Assembly: GCA_010015805.1 (NCBI GenBank)
Contig: ML978121.1
Location: 3,968,001-4,032,000 of the forward strand
Source: Rhizodiscina lignyota
Taxonomy: Eukaryota
Reading direction: 5' to 3'
DNA length: 64,000 nt
Position 1 is the stretch's first letter. Every line of letters begins with the position of its first letter. The notes under the pieces were generated by a model, which searched no databases, was not told where the DNA came from, and worked only from the letters and a program-made list of their open reading frames with translations. Position numbers and translations under genes: made by a program. Below, piece after piece: positions 10,732-21,468 of this stretch.

Positions 10732-12510
10732 ATGGCTGAAGAAGCGAAAGAAATACCAGAGCGGCCAAAGGAGGGTGAGGCAGCTGCGCCAAAGGATGGC
10801 GAAGAGAAAGGCCCCTCCAAAAAGGCCTTGAAGAAGTTGGAGAAGGAGAGAGAAAAGGTGCGCCCTACTACACTCCCGAAGGATAGATTGTGCTAATTTC
10901 TATATTCTACAGGCTGAGAAGAAGCGACTTCAAACCGAGAAAGACGCAGCAGCAAAAGCTGCCGCTGATGCCAACGACGTGTCGAAGGGCGACTATGGCG
11001 ACAGCCCGATCATAGGATCCGCAGAATATACAGCACCGGGCCTGAAGCGCGTCGATTTCAGTACGCTTGGAGAATTGGAAGATGGCAATGAGGTGGCAGT
11101 CCGCTGCGTCGTGCGCAACGCGCGCAGTCAGTCTGCGAAGCTGGCCTTCCTCGAACTGCGTGAGGGATTCCATACCATACAGGCGGTTATTGCGGCGAGC
11201 GAAACACTGAGCAGGCAGATGGTCAAGTTTGTGGCCAGCATAAATCCAGAATCTGTCGTGGATGTCATCGGGCTGGTCAAGGAGCCAAAGGAACCGGTCA
11301 AGAGCGCGACGATCAGCAATCGCGAGATTCACATCTTGAAGATATGGGTGGTTGCGAAGGCAGAACCACAGCTACCTATTCAAATTGACGATGCAGAGCG
11401 ACCGTTGCCTGCGGAAGGCAGCGAGGAGGGCGCGAGCGGAGACGACGGACGACCACTTGTGGGACTGAACACGCGACTTGACAATCGTGTGCTGGACTTG
11501 CGCAGTATGCTTAACCACGCCATCATGGGCATAAAGGGAGGCGTGAGCCGTCTGTTCGAGGAGTTCATGTGGGAGCATGGCTTCCAGCAAATATGGTCAC
11601 CAAAGATCCTCGGCGCTGCGACAGAAGGCGGCAGTAACGTCTTCGAGCTCAAATACTTCAACACATCCGCATATCTCGCCCAGAGCCCTCAATTCTACAA
11701 GCAGATGCTTATTGCCGCGCGGTATAAGAGAGTCTTCGAGGTTGGTCCTGTCTTTCGTGCAGAGAACAGCAACACTGCACGACATCTTACAGAGTTCGTT
11801 GGTCTTGACCTGGAGATGGAGTTCAACGAGCACTATCATGAAGTCTTGGACTTTCTAGAAGATATGGTCCTGCACATATTCAACGGTCTGCGCACGAGAT
11901 ACAAGAAAGAAACCGACCTCGTGAGATCCGTATACAAGGTGCCGGAGTTCCAGCTCCCAGAATCCGGCAAGGTTCCCAGAATTCCCTTCTCAGAAGGGAT
12001 CAAAATGCTCCGCGAAGCAGGTGAAGAGCTGAGTGACTACGACGACCTAACGCAAGCCCCTCCTTTCCTCCTTCCAAACCACCACTAATAAGAAACAGGA
12101 CCCCCCAAGAAAAACTCCTTGGCAAACTCGTTCTCGAAAAGTACCATACCGACTTCTACACCCTCGACCAGTTCCCCCTCTCCATTCGTCCCTTCTACAC
12201 TATGCCCTCTGGCATCAACCCGCAAAACAGCAACTCCTACGACCTCTTCATGCGCGGGCAAGAGATCATGTCCGGTGCGCAACGTGTGCACGACTATGAG
12301 CTGCTGTGCAAGCGCATGCGTAGTTTCGAGCCACCACTCGACCCGGAGAGTCCTGGTTTCAGGAGCTACACCAGCGCGTTCAAGTATGGATGCCCGCCGC
12401 ATGCAGGTGGTGGGTTTGGGCTTGAGAGGATTGTGATGCTGTGGCTGGGACTGCCGAATGTGAGGTTGGCAAGTCTGTTCCCGAGAGACCCATCGAGAAT
12501 CATGCCTTGA
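10732..12510 (+). CDS. DPS1: Cytosolic aspartyl-tRNA synthetase; introns 10858-10912 (GT-AG) and 12052-12098 (GC-AG)
   Basis: OB-fold, [67 protein letters not shown]. Confidence 0.95.
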
Positions 12511-12921
12511 GAGGGGTTTCGTTACGTGAAAAAGAACTACAGGGGCAAGGCGGATCATGCGAGTGCCATGGTCGGCGTTTGCAAGGAAGATGCGCTTTGA
12601 CAGACGTCTCACGAAATGTAGCTAGACGATGAATCTGCTGAAATAAAAGTGTGTATTAGGTTATTCACGCGCAGTCTATCTCAAGCCCTGTGATGCATTG
12701 GTCTCCTTTCTGGTCCGTCTTAGACTTTGGCACATAGCAAGAGAACAGGTGCGGCAAGTAAGATACCATTCAGCCATTTGATTGCATGCTAAATCATATA
12801 TTTCAATTGAACTCGTCATGACGAGTCCAAAAACGCCGTCCATCCATCCAAATCAAAACCACATCGTGCATCATGCTGCAAAACCCAAATCTAGCTTCTC
12901 TAATCGCTACATCACGAGCTC

Positions 12922-14813
12922 TCAGACGCTGCCGTTCTGTGCTATCGCAGGTTTATCTAGCATCCCCCTCGTGCCACCCTTCCCATTGACCTCTCTCGCA
13001 ATGATCTGCACGTCTAGCTCAGCGCCCACGCTCACTTGCACCTCCACTTTGGAACCCTTCTTCGTGCCTCGGACAGCCATCTCGGCAAGCACGCGGCCTG
13101 CTTTCCATACCTTTTCACGGATTTCCTCTTCATCGTCATCATCATCGTCATCATCGTCATCATCGTCCTCGTCCTCGTTCGCTCCATTCGTTTTCGGCTT
13201 TGCCTCGGGCTTTGTTACTTTGATCTCGCGTACGCCCTCGCACAGCTTCACTAGCACATCTCCACCTTCTCTTGGGACTGCGACATGCGCCGTCCGCCGT
13301 ACCGGGACGGGAGTTTCCGGCTCAATCATCAACGTGAAGACACCTGCACCTTTCTCATCCCCTGATATTGAAAGTACTCCGATTGCATGCGCGAGATGAG
13401 GAGTGGATGTCACAACTGGATGCGTACTCTGTTCAATGTCGTCTGTGTCGAATGCCTCGACTAGTGATGCTTGAATCGCTGCACCTCGTGCGGCAAGCTC
13501 GTTAGGATTTATCGCCGTGGGTGAAAGCGTTGGCGCGAACACCGTGGTTGTCGGAGGGAATTCGTCTGCTAGACTACGCGACAGTTTTGGTGTGTGGGAA
13601 TTACCGCCGGCGCAGATAATCTCGTTGATGTCAAGAACGTCCAGCTCGGCCTTTTCAACGCAGTGTACGACGAGTCGTTTCAACGATTGGAAATGTTTCG
13701 AAGCGAGCAGTTCGTATCGTGAGCGATTGATCGTTGCGGTGAAGTCGATGCCGCCAGAAAGCGACTCCACGGAGAAAGATGCGGATTGACCCAGACTGAG
13801 CGCTTTCTTGACAGCTTCAGACTCAAGCTTGAGTTTCGCCAGACTTCGAGGATTCTCTCGCGGGTCTTCCACGCCCTTGTTCTTCTTGAGGAATTCTTTA
13901 GCGAAGTAGTCGATCAGCACTTGATCGAGTTGCGCGCCAGAGACGTCGTAATCGTGCGCTGTAGCAAGAATTGTGTACATGCCACCTCTTGAAGCAATGA
14001 CCGCAACATCTGAACGGGTACCACCAACATCGACCACTACTACATTTTTATCCGCATGCTTCGCGTCGGGTCGCGCATCGTAAGCGAGGACATCGGCGAC
14101 TGGTTCGTGGATGAGCTGAAGCACCTCCAAGCCTGCATCCTCCGCAGCTTTCTTCAAAGCGGCCCTTTGCTTGTCTGAGAAGTTTGTCGGCACTGTTATG
14201 ACCACGGCGTTGACTTGCTTTCCGAGGAAGTCGGACGCCGAATTCTTCAGGCGACGGAGATGTCTGGTTGTAATCTCGGATACGGTGACCGTGTTCTCGC
14301 TTTCTGCTTCGCTGTCGCGGATGGAGAATGCGACGGTGCCTTCGTGCTCTTTCGGATGGGCGGATTGGTGGCATGGCGTTGGATCTACCGACTTAAAGCT
14401 GTACGTCGTTAGATTCATCGCATTGGGGACCTGAGACGGGCCCTACTCACTCTTCACCCAAAAAGTCCCTGAAATAAGCAACGGTATTCTTTGAATTCCG
14501 CACCAGTTGTGCCTTTGCTTGTGTCCCTTGAAATTCCTCTCCCTCGACATACGATAAAATCGTGGGTATTTGGCGATCTATACGAAAGTGTCAGTCACAC
14601 TCAGTAAACCTGCTACGCTTATACTGACCTCCTTCTTCATTCGCAATGACTTCTGCCTTGCCTTCCTGTACAATATGTCAGAACCATTCCAAACCAAAGT
14701 AATTCTTAGCGGCCAATCGAACTGACGCTGGTTGTGAATGCGATTGAGCTGTATGAGTTCCCGAAAGAAATTCCGATGGCCACCCTACCGGGCGACTCTT
14801 CTTCGTCACTCAT
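12922..14813 (-). CDS. SSZ1: Ribosome-associated Hsp70-like chaperone Ssz1; three 5' introns
   Basis: Spliced N-terminus VAIGISFGNSYSSIAFTTS|EGKAEVIANEEG|DRQIPT; VVDVGGTRSDVAV; NPNELAARGAAIQASL; acidic insert and shortened C-terminus. Confidence 0.9.
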
Positions 14814-14885
14814 TTTGAGAGTAGAGAGTTGAGAAGAGGTTGAATGTGGGGCGGTCAAAAATGAATTGATTTCTTCGATCCGCCG

Positions 14886-14939
14886 GAATTTTTTTAAGAT
14901 TCGGGCTCATCCTCGGTTGAATGTCGGGTCAGTGACTCA
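14886..14939. promoter_or_regulatory. RRPE-like (GAATTTTTTT), PAC-like (GCTCATC) and CPC-1/Gcn4-type TGACTCA motifs upstream of SSZ1
   Basis: Motifs at 14886-14895, 14905-14911 and 14933-14939, within 130 bp of the ATG. Function is inferred from yeast/Neurospora knowledge only. Confidence 0.35.
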
Positions 14940-15197
14940 GCCGGCTCTTAAGAGACCCACAAGACCCTTGCAGTGACTTCAACGAGGCATCGTGAAGAAT
15001 ATGTCTGACCTTGAAGAGGTTTTGTTCGTTCCTTTCTCTCACTTGCTATTATAGCGTAGTCTTCCAATTACATAGTGGTGGCTTAGGACTGTAAATTCCC
15101 TGCTTTAGACGAGATTTTCACTATGTATCGAAGTTCTCTTCCATATGTATCCTTTACTTCTGTTGAATAGTACCCCCAACCTCCCAGGAGCTCAGAG

Positions 15198-15800
15198 ATG
15201 ATGAATAACGACGCCACAGTAAGCTGTGTTGCCGGCTCGGACGGCCGTAGGAAGTTGAGTATTATCTGGACCTGCTTGAGCACGTTGTTCCTTTGCCTCT
15301 GGGTTGTCCTGGCATGAAGACTCTCCTGTGAAAAGAGAAACGGTCTCCCAGCCGGTCCGACATAAAGGCAAATTCATAGCTCTCCCCATAATCGCACCAG
15401 GATTCGTCGTATTCGGTGCCTTCAATCAGAGGAGATATGGCGTGTAACGTGTGTGATTCTGACTTCAATTGTACCAAGTCTATGGCTTGTCTTGCTTGCG
15501 CTACTTGCTTTGGAGTTTATCTGCCTTGTCTGACCTTTTTGGAATGATGGCAAGAAAACAGAGAAACGCTGGAAAGAGCTGCATCGAAGGACTACTGAGC
15601 GTCTTAGAAGTACAAGGGAGTCTGCTAAACCAAATATGGAAATTCGCGCCACACTTTCTGGACCTCCTGTCGCTATCTATGTTGCTCTATATTGCGCAGC
15701 ACAGCCCTACATTTCTCATCGAACCTTTCATCAGCTTCGTTCCGCACCAGCGAGCCTTTATGAAACCGTTGACTGGACGAGGTTCATGCCACATCTCGCA
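15198..15800 (+). pseudogene. Frameshifted, internally deleted relic of a common uncharacterised fungal multi-pass membrane protein family
   Basis: TVSCVAGSDGRRKLSIIWTCLSTLFLCLWVVL /fs/ HEDSP...KFIALPIIAPGFVVFGAFNQ resembles the family N-terminus (GRGTxxIxWSCxxTxxxCxWxxxHxNxP...IAPE). LIEPFIS /fs/ LRSAPASLYETVDWTRFMPHL resembles the C-terminus. Confidence 0.7.
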
Positions 15801-16338
15801 GGACAGTATTCGACTTCTACCATCTGACTGCAAGAGGTGTAGTATCCGTCCTGCAGACCCTCAAAGAACCTCGTCTATAGTCACGTATACGTCGGTTCGG
15901 CGATATCATGTGCGATGGAAGGAGTCGGCAGGAAGAGATTCGGGTAGCCTTTTGTCTAGATTATATTACATGAATAGTTGAAGATTATTGCTCCGCAACT
16001 AACAGCTCCCCGTCCATCCTGCAAAAGCAACTTCGCTCATTCGTGTTCACCTCAAATCCATTTCCTTTTATCTTGACCTGGAGGCACGTAAACAACCGCC
16101 CTTGGGTTCCGGAACTCCATGCTTTGTTGAGAAAATGAAATACCAATGCAAAAGCAGTTTGTCCCTCAACAAATTAATGCCCCGAAAAGCAGACTCCCGA
16201 AGAACTCCGCGGAAAGCTGGAAAGATGCGTCTGGTATTCTTCTCCCTTGAATTTTCCTTCTGCTGATGTTTAGTGACTAGAATTTGTTCGGTAAATACGG
16301 CCCCATGTCCAGTGTTAATCGTAAAGCGTATATCTGTC

Positions 16339-17040
16339 TCAGATCATCGAACTCGACGTGGCTTGGTAACTCATAGACAGACCAGCATCAGCTTTCCAGT
16401 TCCATGTCTGGCTGGAGGGTGTGTGCGTACAGTGCTGCAGTAGCCCTCTCTTATCGTTGAAGCACATCTTGCGACGTTGGTTGTCACGCGCCGGCTCAAT
16501 TGTCATATGGCGCGGATTGCAGCATGCCCAATTGCCGCACAGGTGGCTCAAATGCCAACTCGGCTGCTTAAGGAGACCGTCAATCATATCTTTGGTAAGT
16601 TCGTTCCTCATACAGAGTGCGATGATGCCGCAATGCATGGACACAGTTTGTATCTTGCCATTGCGCTTGAATCGCACGGTAGCATGGATATTCCTTCGAT
16701 CCATGTATCTCTGCGCACCCTGATGTATCCAGCACCTTGAATTAGGATAGAGAGGGTCTTTCTTCAAGTGTATGCTCTGCCGATCAAGGTACTTTTGCAT
16801 CCATGCTCTTGCATCAGCCGGCTTCTCGACGAGCACTATGCTCTTCCTCTCGTATAGTGACAATTTGGGGTCCAGCGGTCGGATTGATTGGGCTGAGGGT
16901 TCAGTAGGACTTTTTGCGTAGAGAGACTCTTTGGATTGGTACGAAGAGATTCCTGTTGCCATACGCTCGTGCAAAATGACTGCTGGATAGAGTACAGAGT
17001 TGCTCCGACTGGAATACCACCACGACGATGCCAAAGCCAT
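16339..17040 (-). CDS. His-Cys-box (I-PpoI-like, His-Me finger) endonuclease-domain protein; start at 17040 or 16962
   Basis: SHLCGNWACCNPRHMTIEPARDNQRRKMC aligns without gaps to I-PpoI [29 protein letters not shown]. Upstream RCW Cys and downstream CTH are also present. Confidence 0.85.
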   Translation of the reverse strand: MALASSWWYSSRSNSVLYPAVILHERMATGISSYQSKESLYAKSPTEPSAQSIRPLDPKLSLYERKSIVLVEKPADARAWMQKYLDRQSIHLKKDPLYPNSRCWIHQGAQRYMDRRNIHATVRFKRNGKIQTVSMHCGIIALCMRNELTKDMIDGLLKQPSWHLSHLCGNWACCNPRHMTIEPARDNQRRKMCFNDKRGLLQHCTHTPSSQTWNWKADAGLSMSYQATSSSMI

Positions 17041-18971
17041 TCTCGCTCGATGGGCGTCGATGAGTTCTAACCAATGTCGCCAAATACGATGATAGCGGAC
17101 GGATAGCGAGAATTGCACAACAGACAGTTCGAAGAGTGAAATCGCAAACGGAGTTGATGATATGGAAGCGTTTGCGGAATAATATGTGGATGTCGATGAC
17201 TGAGCGCTCTAAGTTGAGCGACTACTGCTTGTCCTGTTCAAGCATCGGGAACTGAGGTCAAGTCGAAGAGTAAATGAAGAGAGCAAACAAGAAAGAAAAT
17301 GGAGAGTAGAAAACCTGAAGAAGAGTCTCGCCAATGGATTGGTCGTGACTCGAGAAATGAAACCGGAAATGGGTTCAGGTTCACGGGTGAAGAGGGTCTC
17401 CTTAAAGGCGGCATTCCTCCATCACTTATATGGACCAGTGGATCAGGCTCGAGATGGAGATTGAGGTGGGAGAGGATGAGGAATGGCAGTGGTTGAGGAA
17501 GAAAGAAACAAAGATAAGAGCAACGTTAAATAAATAGTTATTTCGGGGCGAATAAGGTACGGGAGCGACGTCAGAATGCGTGCACGCGGCAGGATTTTCA
17601 ATCAGAGAGAGTTTAGAAGCCCTTCAAGTGAAACATCTCGACATCTCGGAAAGAGGAGGAAAGTGAAAGGGCATTGAATTCGGAATTCTGCTTCACTGTG
17701 AGCCTCGAGACGTAGGTCGGAAGGCGGTTGACTTCCGGTCGTCTAAGAAAGAAGTCCATCCAGCGAGAGGTAGTGCGTTAGAATATTTTCACGGCAACTG
17801 AATTCCAAGCTTTTCAATGTATCCTGCTCTTGGGATGGTCTGGCACAAAGGATAGTTTGTTGGTTGTGAGAGGTGCTCCACAGCATGACGGTGATGTAGC
17901 AGTAATGTCGTAAAGGCAGCCTGCATTGAACACATCGGAGGGAAATTTTCGAGGCGATTTATCCTATGCCCGTGTAGCTATGGACCATCCGTGGTAATTG
18001 AGAAGACCAGAGAGACCTTCACTCTTCGAACACAGTCGAGCGAACTGGCGTTCGGTGGTCATGATCTGCCCAAGGAAGCGAGGCTTGACCTCGTAAAGCG
18101 ATGATTCAGTGCGACGTCGGAAAAGACAAGCTTTAATAGCATAATTAGCCGGTGGTCAGCCTCAACATTGAGAACGAGAAGTTCGTTGCATTTTGTTGCT
18201 TTAGAATTAGCCTGTCCACGAATTGAGCGCGGGCGATGGGAATTAGCTTCTAGGCGACGATGACGGAGAAGTCGCGTGAAACAAAGTCAAAGACAGGATC
18301 ATTGAGGTGAAAGAGAGAAGAGTGATGATTTAAAATGTCTTAAAAGGAGCCATTTGAGGAGCGGACGCCAAGACCCCGTCCGAGCGGGCGTGTAGAGTGG
18401 TGAAAGCCACGTCGAGCTTCCGAACGAAACCTGACACTTTCCACCAACCACCAACGCTCCCCTGTCTCCGCATGCACGTTGGAGCAACGTCTCGAAAAGC
18501 CGTCGAGTTCCTGGATCTGCAGCTAGCCCAGGCACATTTAGGCAGGTAAATGAAAATGCTACCCTGCTCCATCTTCGGGCTGAATTCCCATTACCCTGCC
18601 CCGGCGGTGCGAGGATCAAAAGGCGGGGAAAGCTCAAGTAGCTGAAGATTTGAAAAGACGTCATTTTCCAGGCGCATTTTGTGTGTTGTAGCTGACGGTC
18701 TCGAGCAAATTTCTGCTTTGTGGAATTGCTCCATCCTACTTGACACTGTCAGTTTCACGGCAGACAACCCGTGCAACTTGACCTATCACGAGGTCACGTT
18801 CACTGGGAGCTAATTTCTTCACAACAACATTGTTGGCACCTAGACGTGGCTGCTCTCATATTTCTTTAGGCCCTCCTCACAAACAATTAACTCCACTGTT
18901 TCTTTCGCTTGCGAACCTCGACTCTTCTCCTTCGCTCACACACACATCACGCTCTGATAATAACAGCCAAC

Positions 18972-20250
18972 ATGTTGGTAGCGGGCTTTTTATCCTCGGC
19001 CCTCATTCTCCCTGCCATTGCGGCAGTCTTTCCTTCAGGTGGCCCTGGATATTGGGGTAAAGGACACGGACATATGGGCGGAAAGACTAATCTCTATGTG
19101 TCCTCCTGTAAGTCAATCACGTTCGACACTGAGCAGATATCTATTCTCATGGCCTTCAGACGTCGGCACCGTGACCACTCTCTCGCTTAGCGGCACCAAC
19201 CTCGACATCACCTCCTCGGTCCCCTGCGCTCAAAATGCGTCGTGGCTCACATTCGACTCCCAGGATCGCATCCTGTACTGCCTTGATGAGGGTCTCGTAG
19301 TTCCCAATGGCACTGTGCACTCGTACTCTGTTGCCAAGGACGGTAAGCTGACTCCAATTGAGGAGAAGACTACCATATCTGGCCCTGTCAATGGTGTTCT
19401 CTACGACAAACATGACGGCAAGCAAGGCTACGCCCTCGCCCACTACACTGGCAGTGCTGTGTCAGTCTGGTCCGTGGATGAGAAAGGTTCCCTCGACAAT
19501 GTGCAAGACATTTTCTTCACGCTCCCTCACCCCGGTCCGAATCCTTCGCGTCAGGATGCGCCACACGAACATGAGGCTATCCTCGACCCTACCAAGAAGT
19601 ACATCCTCGTTCCTGATCTCGGTGCAGATCTCGTCCGTGTCTTCTGCTACGACCCTGAGACGTTCAAACTGACAGCCCACGAGCCGCTCCATGCCAAGGC
19701 TGGCTCAGGTCCCCGTCATGCAGCGTTCTGGGTGAACAAGGGAAAGACGTACATGTATCTTGTAGCGGAGCTTGGTGTCACGGTCACGGCGTACGAGGTC
19801 ACGTATGTCAAGGAGGGTGGTCTATCATTCAAGGAGATTGAAGTGTCAAACACATTCGGTGGCGCGCCTATTCCGGATGGAGCTGCACCGGCAGAGATTC
19901 AAGTGTCGCCAGATCAGCGCTTCATCGTCATTTCCAACCGCAACGACTCTTCGTTCTTTCTCCCGAACTTCGACCCAAAGAACAAAACTGCAGAGCCTTC
20001 TGACTCTCTGGCAACGTTCGCACTGAAGGAAGATGGTACGTTGGACTTCCACGGCCTCGCGCCAGCAGGAGGAAGCTTCCCGCGCCAGTTCTCCCTGAAT
20101 GGCGATGGCAGCTTGGTCGGTGTCGGTCTCCAATTCAGCAGCCGCGTTGTCGTTATTGAGCGGGACATCAAGACTGGAGTGATTGGTAAAATCGTGGCTC
20201 ATGTTCCTCTGCCTGGACAGATCACTTGCGTTGTCTGGGATGAGCAGTGA
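18972..20250 (+). CDS. Secreted 7-bladed beta-propeller lactonase (6-phosphogluconolactonase / carboxymuconate cyclase family); intron 19108-19159
   Basis: Signal peptide MLVAGFLSSALILPAIAA; RQDAPHEHEAILDP, VPDLGADLVR, GSGPRH, ISNR, GGSFPRQFSLN. Confidence 0.9.
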
Positions 20251-21468
20251 GGCTTCATCTGCAAGCTGCTCTGACTTTGATGCTCTACTTTGCGGTGCAT
20301 TGATGATAACGAAGCGAACCTACTTTTAATCGGGTTCCCTGTACTCCGTAGCTAGGAAAGAAATTCAGTCCATAAACACGTGATGAATAAGCCGGCATAA
20401 TGTACACGACACCATGCGTTTTGCAGACGTTGTGCTTCTTCTCCGGAATGGTGGTGAGTGGCTTGACAAGCCTCATCCTCATCCAACCACGCTAGCGGCG
20501 GAAGCAGCTTGCCGACGCCGACTCCGACGCCACTACATCATCGGCCGGCGAAAGTAGACGCCGACATTTGAGGCTCCTGTCAAACGCTAGAAATGGCACT
20601 ACGACTCCAATTGCTAGAGACTTGCGGCTCCGTCGACGGCGTGTCACGCCGACTCTACACCATAGCTGTTGCGCTTGCAACTCAACTCCGCAACCTTCTG
20701 AGCTACCGGCTCTCCACATTCGCCCAGATATCCAGCTCTACCCGCGTACAGGAACGTGCTGTTCTTCGAGCAAAGATCTCCAATCGTATCACATGGTCTT
20801 ATACACATTCGACTGGTCTGTTCAGTGGGGTAGCACCGATCCACTGCCGCACGCGTCTCAGAAGATGCGCAAACTCATGCAGAAGCAAAGGCGTTTTCGC
20901 TGTACGTCAACGAGAAACGCGAAGTGAGCATGACAGCTGCAACTGAATGCAGCTCCGGAAGTGGGCAGTACAATAATAGGGTATGTTGAGTACATTCCTG
21001 CGCTGGGTTTAGACCGATGGTTGTTTCGCGGCGAAATTTCCATGTGACCACCACCAAGCGTCTGGATAGAGTGCAGACACCATGGAATTCTCACATCGGA
21101 ATATGCTGCAAGCCGTCTAAATGGGCTACTCTACGCTAACGCTGCTGACAATTGTGCATGTTAGATAGGTTGAACGGTACCGAGGAATATTGATAAAGGG
21201 AAAGCATACACCCTTTTTTTCAGTGTAACTTCACCGTCAATTTTCTGTGCTGCAACATCTGGTCGCGAAGCATCGAATGTCTTAGTCCGAGTCTCGAATT
21301 ATTGGTACATTTCCCTCCAAATCTGATTCCATGTGAGGATCTCAATTGGATAACGACAGTTGTGGCTATTGCGGAAACGAGTTGGTGTAACGTGGTGTCC
21401 AATTTGAAAGTTGTTTGCTATTTTATCCTCCACCAATTTCGCTTAACTAGAGGTTGTTTGCGGATACA

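Noticed and set aside
13128..13178. (TCA/TCG)n trinucleotide run
   Set aside because: It is the coding poly-Asp insert of Ssz1 and also explains the antisense poly-Ser ORF.
14950..18900. Group I intron, rDNA fragment or transposon ends around the endonuclease gene
   Set aside because: No P/Q/R/S consensus, rRNA sequence, terminal inverted repeats or target-site duplication found by eye.
20490..21100. Overlapping 60-120-aa ORFs between the lactonase and the MFS gene
   Set aside because: No domain signature; likely promoter or intergenic sequence.
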